Below, one piece after another: positions 1 to 14,271 of a stretch of 64,000 bases of DNA. Position 1 is the stretch's first letter, and each line of letters begins with the position of its first letter. This DNA comes from Squalus acanthias (Eukaryota): positions 99,946,001 to 100,010,000 of the forward strand of contig CM059432.1 of assembly GCA_030390025.1 (NCBI GenBank), given 5' to 3'. The notes below the pieces were generated by a model. That model saw only the letters and a list, made by a program, of their open reading frames with translations, made no database searches and was not told the origin of the DNA. Made by a program: the position numbers and the translations under genes.

Positions 1-1039
1 AGTCAATTTATACAAGTAAAACAAATAGCAGCATGCCTTTTATGGGCCTCCTTCCCTCGGGGTCTAAAAGCTGTGTGGGCAACATGTTGACGGAATATAA
101 ACAAGACACAGACATTAAAGTCGGCTGAAGCCTCCCCAGGAGTCACTGGTGTGGGAAGGCTATCAGCTCTCCCTGGCTTCCACTAGGGAGTTAAAATCCA
201 CCCTGGGAGTCTGTTCTGCATATCTACTATGGAGGAAAAAGGTACAATTTCTAACCTTGATTGAGAATGATTGATATTGAATGTGTAGATGTAAGCAGCT
301 AAATTAACTTAGATTGTGAGTGCAGATCTACAGAACATATAGCTCTGGATCAAGTTCTTTTTTCTAATGAATATATACATTTTAGGAAAAAATAGTTCTT
401 GTAAGACATACTAGAGTACAGAGTTGCAAAATAATGTCACAAGGAAATACTCCTAATTATATGCGTCTTTTATTTAAAAGGAATGGAACTGCACCAATGG
501 ACTTAAGTAAACTACAAACTAAAACATGTTCTTCATTCGATTAATCTACCGGCGTGGAGTTACCGCAAGGGGTGCAATCGGCAAAATGCGTCCAGAATGC
601 GCTGGAGACTGTGTCGGTTTTGTCAAGGTGAAGTTACGCCCAAGTTTCCATGCAAACTCATTAGCATAAGCCCGAATGTAAAATCTCCCATGAACCAGCG
701 CAAGCAAGCAGCGTAATCGATCGTAATCGATTGGTGACTGGAACAGAGCATCTTCCAGCATCACAAAGCAGAGTGGGATTGCCAGTAAATGAGCTATTCT
801 TCAACTGACTGATTTAATGCTCTTGGTCTTACTTTGTAATTGACTGCTGATCACAGCTGTCTTTAACTAATCATCAGTTTGGAGTCAGGACCAAACGTGG
901 CACCGAAGCAAAGGAGAGTAAGACTTCCCGGAGAAGATAATCTCACTCCACTGTACATTGGTGTTCGGTTGGGCCTTGACATCTGATTTATACTCCTGAT
1001 TTTACTTTTGGATGACCGACTGGTGGAGCGCATTGGTCG

Positions 1040-1522
1040 GCCGCCCATTCTGGCGGGGAGCAGGTCCCCGCGATTTTGAGGCCCCGGACTCATTTAAATC
1101 TAGCAGGCGACTTGCAGTGCGCCAAACAGACTTCCCAGTGCAGATCACCTGATTGGGTCCTCAAATTCAGGCCAGCAAGAAAAGTTGCGGGGGGCGGTGG
1201 GCGGAGGGATTGTCATCACGGAGGGTGGGGATCCTAGGGCGGTATCGGCCCAGATTATTTTTGTGGGCCCTGGAGGACACCAGAACCTGGGGGACCGGTT
1301 TCGACCTAAAATGGCAATCAGATTCCTGTTTACACCAAAGGTGCAGATTTCCATATTAAAAGGAGCCAATCGCTTGAAACAGGTGGGCACTTTGCGCACT
1401 CTGTGGTAGGCGCCTTTCAAAATGGAGCCAGCCACATCGCCGGTGTTAATAAGGCTATAGCCCCATTTTGAGGCTATTACCGCCCCCTTAATGCTAGGCA
1501 AAGGCTGTCAAAATTGACCCCC
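1040..1522. mobile_element. GC-rich non-autonomous DNA transposon (Harbinger-like MITE) remnant
   Basis: GC-rich block ending AAAATTGACCCCC, similar to the GGGGGTGATTTT-type TIRs of other MITEs in the window; left end not identified. Confidence 0.35.
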
Positions 1523-1639
1523 AAAATGTTGGTCTGAGTTAGAAACCACATTGAACTGATGCTAAACTTTTAACTTGTAACACCAGCTATCAACACATTT
1601 AAAAACCCATCAAATTAGCATTGTAGATCATCTATCAAG

Positions 1640-1810
1640 GAATGGGTGAAAACTTGTAGTTGCAGATTGGCCGCCCGTTATACACCCCACATCGATTTTA
1701 CTTTCCCTTGGAATCAATGGTAAAGAAAATCAGGCAGGGTAAATACTGTAATGGGTAGCCGATCAACTACCACCAGATTTCTGCCCCCACCAAAAGTAAA
1801 AATTACCCAC
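1640..1810. repeat. Short palindromic (hairpin) MITE-like element
   Basis: Imperfect inverted arms around a centre near 1712 (GATTTTACTTTCCCTTG ... CAATGGTAAAGAAAATC). Confidence 0.35.
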
Positions 1811-2095
1811 ACGTTTCCTCAGACAGAATATACTGGAAACATTCAGTAGGTCTGTCAGCATCTGTGGTGGGAACAGATTGCATGTACAATGAATAGCTTT
1901 GCAATATGGTGCACCTTTTTCTTAAGTTTTAATTAAATCATCAATAACAAACTAAGATAGCCAGGCACACATCTTCCAAACAGTAGTGCACATAAACCAT
2001 TTACTCTGAAATGCAATTTACCTAATTTGATAAACAGTTGGGAAATGTATAATACTCCACATTTCCAATATTACTGCTCGGTAATAATGTAGCTT

Positions 2096-5030
2096 TTTTA
2101 AAATTCAATCACGGGATATGGGCGTCGTTGGCAAGGTGAGCACTTATTGCCCATCCCTAATTGCCCTTGAGAAGGTAATGGTGAGCCGCCCTCTTGAACT
2201 GCTGCAATCCCTGTGGTGAAGGTACTCCCACAGTGCTGTTAGGGAAGGAGTTTCAGGATTTTGACCCAGCGATGATGAAGGAATGGCGATATATTTCCAA
2301 GTCAGGATGGTGTGAGACTTGGTGGGGAACTTGGAATGAAGGTGATCCCATGCGCCTGCTGCCCTTGTCCTTCTAGGTGGTAGAGGTCACGGGGTTGGGA
2401 GGTGCTGTCGAAGAAGCCTTGGCGCGATACTGCAGTGCATCATGTAGATGGTACACAATGCAGCCACTGGTACGCCAGTGGTGGAGAGAGTGAATGTTTA
2501 AGGTGGTAGATGGGGTGCCAATCAAGTGGGTTGCTTTGTCCTGGATGGTGTCGAGCTTCTTGAATATTGTAAGAGCTGCACTCATCCAGGCAAGTGGAGA
2601 GTATTCCATCACACTCCTGAATTGTGCCTTGTAGATGGTGGAAAAGCTTTGAGGAGTCAGAAGGTGAGACACTCGCCACAGACTACCCAGCCTCTGACCT
2701 GCTCTTGTAGCCACAGTATTTATGTGGCTGATCCAGTTAAGTTTCTGGTCAATGGCGACACCCAAGATGTTGATGGTGGGGGATTCGGCAATGGTAATGC
2801 CATTGAATGTCAAGGGGTGGTGGTTGAATGTCAAGGGGTGGTGGTGGTGGAGATAGTCATTGCCTGGCACTTGTGTGTTGCGAATGCTACTTGCCACTTA
2901 TCAGCCCAAGCCTGAATGTCGTCCAGGTCTTGTTGCATGCTGACACGGAATGCTTAATTATCCAACGAGTTGCAAATGGGACTGAACACTGTGCAATCAT
3001 CAGCGAACATCCCCACTTCTGACCTTATGATGAAGGGAAGGTCATTGATGAAGCAGCTGAAGATGGTTGGCCCTAGGACCCTGCCCTGAGGAACTCCTGC
3101 AGCGATGTCCTGGGGCTGTGATGATTGGCCTCCAACAACCACAACCATCTTCCTTTGTCCTAAGTATGACTCCAGCCAGTGGAGAGTTTTCTCCCCGATT
3201 CCCATTGACTTCAGTTTTACTCGGGCTCCTTGATGCCACAATCAGTCAAATGCTGCCTTGATGTCAAGTGCAGTCACTCTCACCTCACCTCTGAAATTCA
3301 GCTGTTTTGTCCATGTTTGGACCAAGGCTGTAATGAGGTCTGGAGCCTAGTGGTCCTGGTGGAACCCAAACTGAGCATCGGTGAGCAGGTTATCGATGAG
3401 TAAGTGCCAGCTTGATAGCACTGTAGAAAACACCTTTCATCACTTTGCTGGTGATTGAGAGTAGACTGATGGGGCGGTAATTGGCCGGATTGGATTTGTC
3501 CTGCATTTTGTGGGCAGGACGTACCTGTGCAATTTTCCACATTGTCGGATAGATGCCAGTGTTGTAGCTGTACTGGAACAGCTTGGCTTGAGACGCGGCC
3601 TGTTCTGGAGCACAAGTCTTCAGCATGATAGCCGGGATGTTGTCGGGGCCCATAGCATTTGCTGTATCCAGTGCATTCAGCCGTTTCTTGATATCACGTA
3701 GAGTGAATCGAATTGGCTGAAGACTGGCTTCTGTGATGGTGGAGACCTCAGGAGGAAGCTGAGATGGATCATCCACTCGGCACTTCTGGTTGAAGATGGT
3801 TGCAAACGTTTCAGCCTTGTCTTTTGCACTCGCGTACTGGGCTCCTCCATCATTGAGGATGGGCATATTCATGGAGCCTCCTCCTCCCATTAGTTGTTTA
3901 ATTGACCATCACCATTCACGACTGGATGTGACAGGACTGCAGTTCTGCAGTTCTGCAGATCTGATCTGTTGGTTGTGGGATCACTTAGCCCTGTCTATAA
4001 TATGCTGCTTCCGCTGCTTAGCTTGCATGTAGTCCTGTGTTGTAGCTTCACCAGGTTGGCACTTCATTTTTAGGTGCACCTGGTGCTGCTCCTGGCATGC
4101 TCTTCTACACTCCTTATTGAACCAGGGTTGGTCCCCTGGCTTGATGGCAATGGTAGAGTGAGGGATATGCCGGGCCATGAGGTTGTGGTGGAATACAATT
4201 CTGCTGCTGCTGATGGCCTACAACGCCTCATGGATGCCCAGTTTTGAACTGCTAGATCTGTTCTGAATTTAGCACGGTGGTAGTGCCACACAACACAATG
4301 GAGGGTGTCCTCAGTGTGAAGATGGGACTTCATCTCCGCAATGACTGTGCGGTGGTCACTCATACCGATACTGTCATGGACAGATGCACCTGAGACACGT
4401 AGATTGGTGAGGACGAGGTAAAGTCGGGTTTTCCTTCGTGTTGGTTCTCTCACCACCTGCCGTAAGTTCAATCTGACAGCTAGATCCTTCAGGACTCGGC
4501 CAGCTCGGTCAGTAGTGGTGCTACCGAGCCACTCTTGGTTATGGACTTTGAAGTCCCCCACCCAGAGTATGTTCTGTTCCCTTGCTACCCTCAGTGCTTC
4601 TTCCAAGTGATGTTCAACATGGAGGAGTACTGGTTCATCAGCTGATGGAGGGCAGTAGGTGTTAATTAGCAGGAGGTTTCTTTGCCCATGTTTGACCATG
4701 AGACTTCATGGGGTCCAGAGTCAATGTTGAGGACCCTCAGGGTCATTCCCTCCCGACTGTATACCACGGTGCCGTCACATCTGGTGGGTCTGTCCTGCTG
4801 GTGGGACAGGACATACTCAGGGATGGTGATGGAGGAATATTGGACATTGGCTGAAAGGTATGATTCTGTGAGTAAGGCTATGTCAGGCTATTGCTTGACT
4901 AGTCTGTGGGACAGCTCTCCCAATTTTGGCACAAGTCCCCAGATATTAGCGCGGATGACTTTGCAGGGTCAACTGGACTGATTGTGCCTTAGTCGTGTCC
5001 GGTGCCTAGGTCGATGTCGGATGGTGTGTC
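2096..5030 (-). mobile_element. Degraded non-LTR retrotransposon (CR1/L2-group, APE endonuclease + RT), LINE family A
   Basis: Fragmented ORFs with APE motifs (YCPPS, GDFKVH, SDH) and RT motifs (NYRPISLLS, GVPQG, FADD); 3' tail near 2096; same family as 16128-17884 and 51170-54428. Confidence 0.9.
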
Positions 5031-5164
5031 CATTTAACCCCAACAATAATTTACTGACTAATAACCTTTCTGCAACTTTGTTGTATTTTTTTTACTTTTG
5101 GAAATTTAGAATTTTCAACATGTATTGTTGATTTAAATTCATGGAGTAAGAAGGATAATAGTGG

Positions 5165-5701
5165 ATAATAAGGCTGTGGGCCCCGACAACATCCCGGCTG
5201 TCGTGCTGAGGAATTGTGCTCCAGAACTAGCCGCGCCTCTAGCCAAGCTGTTCCAGTACAGCTATAACACTGGAATCTATCCGACAATGTGGAAAACTGC
5301 CCAGGTATGTCCTGTCCACAAAAAGCAGGACAAATCCAATCCGGCCAATTCCTGCCCCATCAGCCTACTCTCAGTCATCAGCAAAGTGATGGAAGGTGTC
5401 ATCGACAGTGCTATCAAGTGGCACTTACTCACCAATAACCTGCTCACTGATGCCCAGTTTGGGTTCCGGAAGGACCACTCATCTCCAGACCTCATTACAG
5501 CCTTGGTCCAAACATGGACAAAACAGCTGAATTCCAGAGGTGAGGTGAGAGTGACTGCCCTTGACATCAAGGCAGCATTGGACCGATTGTGGCATCAAGG
5601 AGCCCGAGTAAACCTGAAGTCAATGGGAATCGGGGGGGAAACTCTCCACTGGCTGGAGTCATACCTAGCACAAAGGAAGATGGTTGTGGTGGTTGGAGGT
5701 G
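5165..5701 (+). mobile_element. LINE family A RT fragment, opposite orientation to its neighbour
   Basis: ORF 5161-5805 with KAVGPDNIP...QFGFR...ALDIKAA RT motifs. Confidence 0.88.
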
Positions 5702-7619
5702 AACCCCCTCTTAGGGCGCTAAAGGGAGGTGCAAAGCAACCCAATTTTTCTCCCAATAACTTTAATCAGCATATCAGTTCATACTTTTTGACTGTTCAAA
5801 GTTAACAATCGCATTTCACATTAGCTTTAAAAATCGCATCATTATCCAAAGCTTAATTAATACCCCAAATTAACCTATGTTACATTTTATTCATATTAGT
5901 ATTTGTTAGGTCAGCAATTTTATCAAAAAATTAACTTCCCCTTCTTTTAACCTTACAAATTTTCCTTCCTTGTACATCTGTTAAGGACAGAAGGTACTAA
6001 TGTAAATTTTGGATATGCAGCCACACATCTCAATTATCCAGGATATTACGTTCCATTGGCTTTATAACAATTAACTGACAGGTCCAGAAACATGTTTTTC
6101 CAGCAAGTTTGTTCAATTTGTGCACTTCTCAATGCTCCACAGAATGGATTGAAGAGCTAAGATACACAGATACTAACTAACACTCTTGGTTTTAATAAAT
6201 TATTCTCTTCTGACACTGCAAGATTAGAATTTAGAGAAATAATTTTGGAAATGTAAGTGACATGATGATACACCTTAGTAATATTTTGTTATGGTCATTT
6301 ATCCACTCTAACCTCATAGTTTCTGAGCATAGAATGGGGGTCAACAATAACATTTGCAATGTCTCCAGTCTAGTTCACACTTCCAACACTCCTGTGCACC
6401 TATTCTCCACACTTCATTAATTGCCAAGTTCTACTGAAGTACTTGGCACAGTGTGATACCAACAAAAACTGTCTTTTAGCAGAAGAAAAGTAGGTGATGT
6501 GTGGAACACTGGACAGGTGCCAATCATTCAGCTGCACCATGTTGCCCCTATTACCTTATCAATGCATATTCTGTAGTCTAAAAACATCAGGCTATACTTT
6601 AATAAGTGTGTTATGGCTATCATAAATAAAATTATCCATTCTAGAAATTCACTGATCTCCCAACGCAGTCTATAATCCCAATTATCCATAGCTACAGATG
6701 GTTTAACTTCATATCTGTTCACACAGTAACTTGATAAAAGAGAGAAGGGGATTATACACCACTCATGTCAAAAGTAGCAACAGCATTTCCCTGGCCATAA
6801 CCCACAGCTGATAACTTAGCATTCTCTTTGGTTATACATGACTGTCAGATACAAAAGAAGAATATTTTCTAGTAGGCGTTGCTCCCAAACAAACACTTAA
6901 TGCACTTGTATTAAATTCTTTGGGTTAATGCCTGCATTAAAAAAATGCACGGATGAATTTAGTATAAGCAGTGTTCGTACAAGAACAACATGGTTTGGAA
7001 AATTATTCCCCTGGAACACAAACAAGCAGACTGATTTTCTCTTAAATTCAAAAATGAAAACATTATTATTTATGCTCACGACATAAAACCCAGGATTGGA
7101 ATCAGCAATTTTGTTCCTGGTTCACAGCAGGCTACTGGAAACATGTCTTAGAAAGCTGAAGTAACAAAACTCTGAACTCTATTACATGGTTAAAGTAGAA
7201 AAAGAGTTCGTTTATACTTCTAATTATATTTTGATCTCTCTCATGAACCATAAAACCTGAAAGCTGTAACAGATGCTCAAATTAAGGAGTTAGTACTCAT
7301 AATGTACATACACTTCGGTACAGCAATTGTTGCCCTCAGTTACATTTGTACTCTGACAAATATAGAATTGTCAATTGCAAAAGAACAAAGTCAGATTTAT
7401 GTTCCATGGTCCTTGATCTCATAACATACAACAGAGATCATGAGAGGACGCTACATCAGTATTGCATTCCATTCTGGTGATTTACACACTGGAATAAAAG
7501 AGGGAGGAATAAAATAATTGGAAAATTGCTTTGGTTAAACTAATTAAAAGCAAGCAATTATTGTTTCTAAAATATGTCAGTTTTGTTAAATGACTTTGTT
7601 GAAAGAAAAAAGTAATTGA

Positions 7620-7822
7620 ATTGATAGAGCACCTTTCACGACCTCAGGACGTGCCAAAGCACTTTACAGCCAATGAAGTATTTTTTGAAGTGTAGTCACT
7701 GTTGTAGTGCAGGAAATGCAGCAGCCATTTTACGCACAGCAAGGCCCCACAAATAGCAGTGATATAATGACCAGATAATCTGTTTTAGTGATGTTGGTTG
7801 AAGAATAAATATTTGCCAAGAC
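7620..7822 (-). mobile_element. SINE/L2 3'-tail fragment (SacSINE1-like)
   Basis: Matches the 3' half of the SINE at 14545-15007. Confidence 0.7.
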
Positions 7823-8309
7823 ACCATACACTGCCCAGAACAATATTTTAAGACCCCAATTTGCATACAATAATGAGGCTCCTGCAAAGTAGACATTGAA
7901 ATGCAGGCAGTGGGGTATCCACTCAGTTTGATCTTCCTACGGCAGCGGGTTGCGAGCAGCTCCAAGAAAATTCCTGACCAAATGTTTATTTTCTTTAGTT
8001 TCAAATTGATCTGATCTTCCTGTTCATCCATGGAATCCAAGCCTTTATACACTGCAGTTAGTCCACACTGGAATATACTTGATTCATGCCCTTTCTGTCT
8101 AAATATTTTCCATATTAATGAAGTAAGAGTATTCTTCTGAGGTTACCGTTAAGCTACAATGGTGGAGTAGAGTAGAGGAAGCTTTATTCTGCTATATCTA
8201 ACCTGGGAGTGCTTGATGACAACACTGGGTGCCAGACATGGTAAAAATAGTAAATGTTCCATTTCAAATCATTGATAATGCTCATCTTGATGAGTACAGG
8301 AAAGCATCA

Positions 8310-9690
8310 AAAAAGGTCTCATTTATTTCCAACACCAGATCTGTGATTGGTCACCTTGAAGGCAACACCTGATTTCTGATTGGCCCCTTAGAGGACAAGA
8401 CACACCCAGCAGTTTATCTGGAATGTGTAATTAGATCCTGCCTGCCTAAGTAATCAAGTACTTTGCAAAGTGTAATTCAAGCCATTCTGACTGCCTTGCT
8501 TGAGACAGAACAGAACTCACATACAACAGACAGGGGCTCATCCTTGTGGGTTAAGACTTTCTCCCGCCACCCCCAAACAAGTTCCTGCCCCCCCAACAAG
8601 TTCCTAACCTTCCTCCCACCCCTGAGTTTCTGACCTTTTCCCTCCCAACAAGTTCCCGACCTTCTCCCCTGCCCAAGTTCCTGACCTCCCCACCTTCAAG
8701 TTCCTGACCTTCTTCCCCCGCTCAACTTCCTGATCTCCTCCCCCAGCCTGAGTTCCTGACCTCTCCCCCACCCAAGTTCCTGACCTTCTCCCCCTGCCCA
8801 AGTTCCTCCCCCGTAGGTTCCTGACCTTCTCCCCATGCCCAAGTTCCTCCCCCCAGGTTCCTGACCTTCTCCCCCTGCCCAAGTTTCTCCCCCCCAAGGT
8901 TCATGACCTTCTCCCCTGCCCAAGTTCCTCCCCCCCAGGTTCCTGACCTTCTCCCCCTGCCCAAGTTCCTCCCCCGCAGGTTCCTGACCTTCTCCCCCTG
9001 CCCAAGTTTCTCCCCGACCCCCACCCACCCCCAGGTTCAGGACCTTCTCCCGTCAACAATTTCCTGACATTATCCCCCCCACCCTCCATAGATGGGGCAT
9101 CGTTTGTGGGTCATGGATTGTTAACAGGTTTATTGTGTATGAAGTGAATAGTGACAGTGTCATGCCTTCTGGATTCCGTCCAGACCAATGATGTCACCTA
9201 CCACACATGCACCGAGCTTTACGAGAAATCAACCAGGTCTAGGGGGAGGAGAGGGAGAACGTGGAGCGAGTGTAAAGGGGGTGGCATTGGAAGAACGTGA
9301 TCTGTCTTCCCATCTGGATCATGTTCTCTCTCTCACCCTTCTCTCTCCCCCATTCGGATCCCCTCTCTCTCTCTCTCCCCTTGTCCCCTTCTTTTTTCCC
9401 GATCCCCCCCTCTCTCTCTCTCCCCCTTCCGATTCCCTCTCTCTCTCTCTCTCCTCCGATTCCCTCTCTCTCCCCCCTTTCGATCTTCTCTCTCCCCTTT
9501 CGATCCTCTCTCTCCCCCCCCCACCCGGACCACCCCGGCCACCAACGGATCCCCTGACCTTCCCCTTAAGGAGCCAAGGAAAGCATGGCTCACGGTGCAG
9601 GTCGCAACGGTTGGGTAATGCGCATGCACGGCTCCGGGATACCGCACACATGCGCAGAAAGCCGCAAAAATGTTCGTGTAGATAATCACA
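8310..9690 (+). mobile_element. Unclassified dispersed repeat (copy 1) with internal minisatellite and CT-rich tract
   Basis: Unique blocks ~8310-8560 and ~9090-9330 match 44140-44690 in reverse complement. Confidence 0.7.
8560..9085. repeat. Minisatellite, unit ~20/39 bp (AAGTTCCTCCCCC / AGGTTCCTGACCTTCTCCCCCTGCCC)
   Basis: Tandem degenerate units visible directly. Confidence 0.9.
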
Positions 9691-9737
9691 GTGAAAATTA
9701 ATCTGATTTGGTGTACAGAATAATCAATCTGCCATTG

Positions 9738-12085
9738 TCATAGAGTCATCGAGTCATTACGGCATAGAAGGAGGCCATTCGGCCCATCGAGTCCATGCCA
9801 GCTCTCTGTGGAGCAATCCAGTCAGTCCCATTCCCCCACTCTATCCCCATAGCTCTGCAAGTTTATTTCCCTCAAGTGCCTATCCAGTCTCCCCTTGAAA
9901 ACATTGAGGGGGTGATTTTGTCAATGGGGGTGCATTGGAAGCGGGACTGCTGCTTGTCGGGTTTTAGTTCCGCCTCCATTGACTTGTGGCCAACCCACGC
10001 TATTTTCCCATGATTGACCTTGTTAAGCCCCCCCAGAAAATGGGGATACTCCTCTTATCTGCCTGTTTAACTGCCTATTAACAGGCAGTTAAGTGGCTGT
10101 AATCCCCTTCCCGCCTCCAGGAGATGGGACCCGGCGCGGGACGGCTACCCGCCTCCTGGGAAGATGGCACGGAGGCGGATTGGGGACGGGATGGGTACCC
10201 GCCCCCAGATTCTGCCATTTTCCCGGCAGTCCCGCCTCCAAACCCGCCTCCCCAGGGCTGGCAAAATCCAGCCCTGAGTGTCTCCGTTTCCACCACTTCC
10301 GTCGGCAGCAAGTTCCAGGTCCTCACCACTCGCTGCGTAAAAAAGTTTTTCCTCACGTCCCCCCTGTATCTCTTGCCCAAAACCTTAAATCTGTGTCCCC
10401 TAGTCCTTGTACCATCAACTAGTGGGAACAGCCTTTCCCCGTCTAGTCTATCCAAACCCGTCATAATCTTCTAAACCTCTATCAAATCACCCCTCAACCT
10501 CCTTTGCTCTAATGAAAACTCAATACCTCTATTTATGAAGCCCAAGATCCCATATGCTTTGTTAACCACTCCCTCAATATGTCCTGCCACCTTCAGGGAC
10601 CTATGCACATTAACTCCCAGGTCCCACTGCCCCTGCACACTCTTCAAAACTGTGCCATTAAGTATATATTGCCTCTCCCTGTTCCTTCTGCCAAAATGCA
10701 TCACCTCACACTTCTCTGTATTAAATTCCATCTGCCACTTGTCTGCCCATTCTGCTAGCCTTTCTATGTCCTGCTGCAGTCGATTGGAATCCTCCTCACT
10801 GTTTGCCACACCCCCAAGTTTGGTGTCATCGACAAATTTAGAAATTCTACTCTGTATTCCAATATCCAGGTCATTTATATATGTCACAAAAAGCAGTGGT
10901 CCCAGCACTGACCCTTGGGGAACACCACTGTCTACCATCCTCCAGTCTGAAAAACAGCCATTTACCACAACTCGCTGTTTTCTATCATTAAGCCAATTCC
11001 TTATCCAAGCGGTCACTGACCCACCTATTCCATGAGCCTCAGTTTTGTTAACCAGCCTTTGTGGTACTTTGTCAAACGCCTTCCAAAAATCCATGTAGAC
11101 AACATCCATTGCATTCCCTTCATCAATCCTCCCTGTCACTTCATCAAAAAATTCAATTAGATTAGTCAAACACGATCTGCCTTTTACAAATCCGTGTTGG
11201 CTCTCCTTAATTAGCTTAAACCTCTCCAAGTGCCCGTTATACCCTTTCTTGAACAATGGTGTCACATTTGCCACTTTTCAATCCTCAGGCACCTCCCCCT
11301 CATCTAGGGAAGATTGGAAAATTATGGCAAGTGCTTCCGTTATTTCCTCCCCCAATTCCCTTCACAACCTGGGATGCAAGCTAGCTGGACCAGGCAACTT
11401 ATCCACTCTAAGCATACCCAGCTTTTCTAGTACATCATGTCTATCAATTTTCACCCCTTCCATTGCTTCTACCTTTTCCACTTCTACCGATATTTTGTCA
11501 GCATCCACCTCCTTAGTAAACACCGATACAACGTACTCATTGAGTATTCTAGCTTTTCCCTGCGCCTTTAAGCATATATCACCTTCTTTGTCTCTAATAG
11601 GCCCCACCCCGTCTCTTACTACCTGCTTACTGTTTACATGCTGGTAGAAGATTTTTGGGTACCCTTTTATGTTAACCACTATTCTACTCTCATATTCTCT
11701 CTTTGCCAATCTTATTTTCATCTTCACTTCCCCTCTCAACTTATTGTATTTGGTCTGCTTCTCCCTTGAAGAATTCACCTGACATGCATCATACACCCTC
11801 TTTTTTTGTTTCATCATCTGCTCTATCTCCCTCGTCATCCAAGGAGCCCTTGCTTTGGTTCCCTTACCCTTCCCTCTTGTTGGAATGTACCTAGCCTGTA
11901 CTTGGAACATCTCCTCCTTAAAGATCACCCATTGTTCTGTTACAGTTTTTCCTGTCAGTCTTTGGTTCCATTTTACCCTGGCTAGATCCTTTCGCATCCC
12001 ATTGATGTTAGCCCTATTCCAGTTTAGAAGTTCCACTCTAGATTGTTCCTTGCTCCTCTCCATTGCTGATCTAAATCTTATGATA
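9738..12085 (-). mobile_element. CR1 LINE ORF2 remnant (5'-truncated, internally deleted)
   Basis: ORFs 10471-11274 and 11362-12063 with CR1 motifs (SQHGFVKGRSCLTNLIEFF, SGVPQGSVLGP, KFVDD, RTRGH); 3' (TCATAGAG)-type microsatellite tail at 9738. Confidence 0.92.
9908..10274. mobile_element. Harbinger-type MITE inserted in the CR1 3' region
   Basis: Imperfect TIRs GGGGGTGATTTTGTCA / TGGCAAAATCCAGCCC; 3-bp TSD TGA (9905-9907, 10275-10277). Confidence 0.8.
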
Positions 12086-12155
12086 TGTTTGGTGTGAAAA
12101 TAACTATTTACAAAATGACCAACATAGCTTTCACCGTTAGAAAGAAAATTATAAT

Positions 12156-12847
12156 GGCCCAGATATTCCGATCCCTATGGGTGAGTACGCGCTGTGTACC
12201 CACCCATAGGGTTATCGGAAATGCCGGTATCAGGCATGCACAGCGCATGCGCTGAAAACTGGCATTTCCGATCTGTCAAGAATGGTCTTGACATATCCTT
12301 CGGCTGCCCTGGAGGAGGGCCTCTGCAAGCGGATAGTTCCGCTTTTTGGAGACCCTCCGCCCGCAGAAAACCCTTACAATTCTTACGCCAGGATAAGAGT
12401 TGAAAAAAGTAAAAAAATAATTTTTTTCATTGATTTATCATTGAAAAATAATTTGAAAAATGGTAAGTTTATTTTTAGCCCCGTAAAAAACTTTAATTAT
12501 TTTTTTCAAAAAATTAAATTTTTGTTTAAAATACTTAATTTATTGTAATTTCAAGTCATTTTCAAAATGTGATGTCTTTTTTTATTTAAAGTTTTACTAT
12601 GTTTTTTCATTGATCTCCATTTATATATTTGACAGGTCTTCCTGTGATTGGCTCCCCATGGCCCACGTGATCCCAGGGACGCTGCGAACTACATGCGCCT
12701 CTGGGATACGTGGGCCCTGCGCATTTCAAGTTTGGTGAGGCCCAGGAGCGGAAGTGTGTGCGTCTGGGAGCCCTCAGGTAAGGGCACAGATTTTTCCATA
12801 TCGCAGTCCTCTACCAGCAGGAGGCCTGTGATCGGGAAATACGGGCC
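12156..12847. mobile_element. Harbinger-type MITE
   Basis: Imperfect TIRs GGCCCAGATATTCCGATC / GATCGGGAAATACGGGCC; 3-bp TSD AAT on both sides. Confidence 0.8.
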
Positions 12848-13607
12848 AATATTAATTATACCCCTTTTGTTGCGGCAGTTTTATATTCTAATAGTTGGTG
12901 TACGTTTTGACATATTGCTTTCATTAGAGCTTCTGCTTGAGCAATATCAAAAGTACATACTTATTTAAGTCTACCTTTGTTGTATATGAGCCAGTGGCTA
13001 GGTTTTGCACTATGACATGAGTGTGAGCTGCTTAATCAGGCACATGAACTTTACATCTTATGAGAAATATGATAATTATTTTAGAATATTTGAATTTTTC
13101 TGCAAAATTTCCTTTCAAGTATTAATAGATGGAGTGTGTTGTTGATGCTATGATTTCTGTCTCTTTTGATATTTACATTAAGTTGATTAATTGATTCCTA
13201 GCTATCCCAAGGGGGCATTAATAATGACTAATAACTCTGAAAATGTCTCAAATCTTTGGAAAGAAATAATGTCAGTCAACATGAGAAGGAATATAGATTG
13301 AGTAGGGTCACCCTTGTTCATGAACAGGTTAGTTCCCATGTCTTGGATTAACAATGGTTGCTATATATCCCTAATGATCTGCTGAAACAATTAGGCTGAA
13401 TATTATCTCCATGCTAGACTGTAAGTAAGCCATACATAGATTAAATTGAATGCTTTAGAAGCCTCAGATTATTTGTCTCTGACTGTGGAGTAGAAAAGCT
13501 GATATTCTGTATTAACAGTAAAATACTTATTTGTGTGTCGCTCAAAACTTTGCCAAATTATAAGATAAGTCACAGCAAAAATCAGATGACTGCTACATAG
13601 ACATAAT

Positions 13608-14271
13608 GGGGGTGATTTTAAACTAGCGGCCATCCATTTTGCGCCTTAAAAAAATGATTGCCAGCAGTTAACAATCGTGGGAGAACCTACCATTGTGCTA
13701 AAGCCTGCCGGATACAATATTCAGGCAGGCCTATAAATAAGTGACCTGCCTGTTTCCGTGGGAAGGCTGCTTAAATATGCAAATTGGGTTTCAATACCTA
13801 TTATCGGACCCTGATTGTAATTTTCATGTACAACTGAGCGGACAATGCGAAATGCATGATCCAAACAATTGAAATAGGTGCTGAGCGGCCTAACCCGTGG
13901 TCCTTCAATGGACTGCTGCTGACTGCTAAAGTGAAGGCACTAAAATCTTTTGGGAAGAAATTTTGGGGGGCAAGGGGAGCAGGAGTGCTCCTCCCCGCTC
14001 CACAGAAGCACTGCAAACCGCTGCTGGCCCATGTTTGATCCCCTCTGGGATCAACTCCCCCTTCACTGGCCCAACCTGCCGACCTGAAAGGATAGCAGCT
14101 GGCTGATTTCATTCCACCACCGACAAGCAGCTCACTGGCGGCATTCAAATAAGATCCTAGCCTGAAAATGATTCGGGCCTCCCAATGCCAGCTTTGGGGG
14201 GGAGGAGGGAGTCAGTGTGCCCACTCCATCAACTTCGTAGCTATTTCAGTCAGAACTGCAAAATCACCCCC
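13608..14271. mobile_element. Harbinger-type MITE
   Basis: Perfect 12-bp TIR GGGGGTGATTTT / AAAATCACCCCC; TSD not conserved. Confidence 0.72.

Noticed and set aside
8560..9085. Regularly spaced repeats resembling a CRISPR array, and overlapping Gly/Arg-rich ORFs
   Set aside because: Tandem degenerate minisatellite without unique spacers or cas genes in eukaryotic DNA; ORFs are low-complexity artefacts
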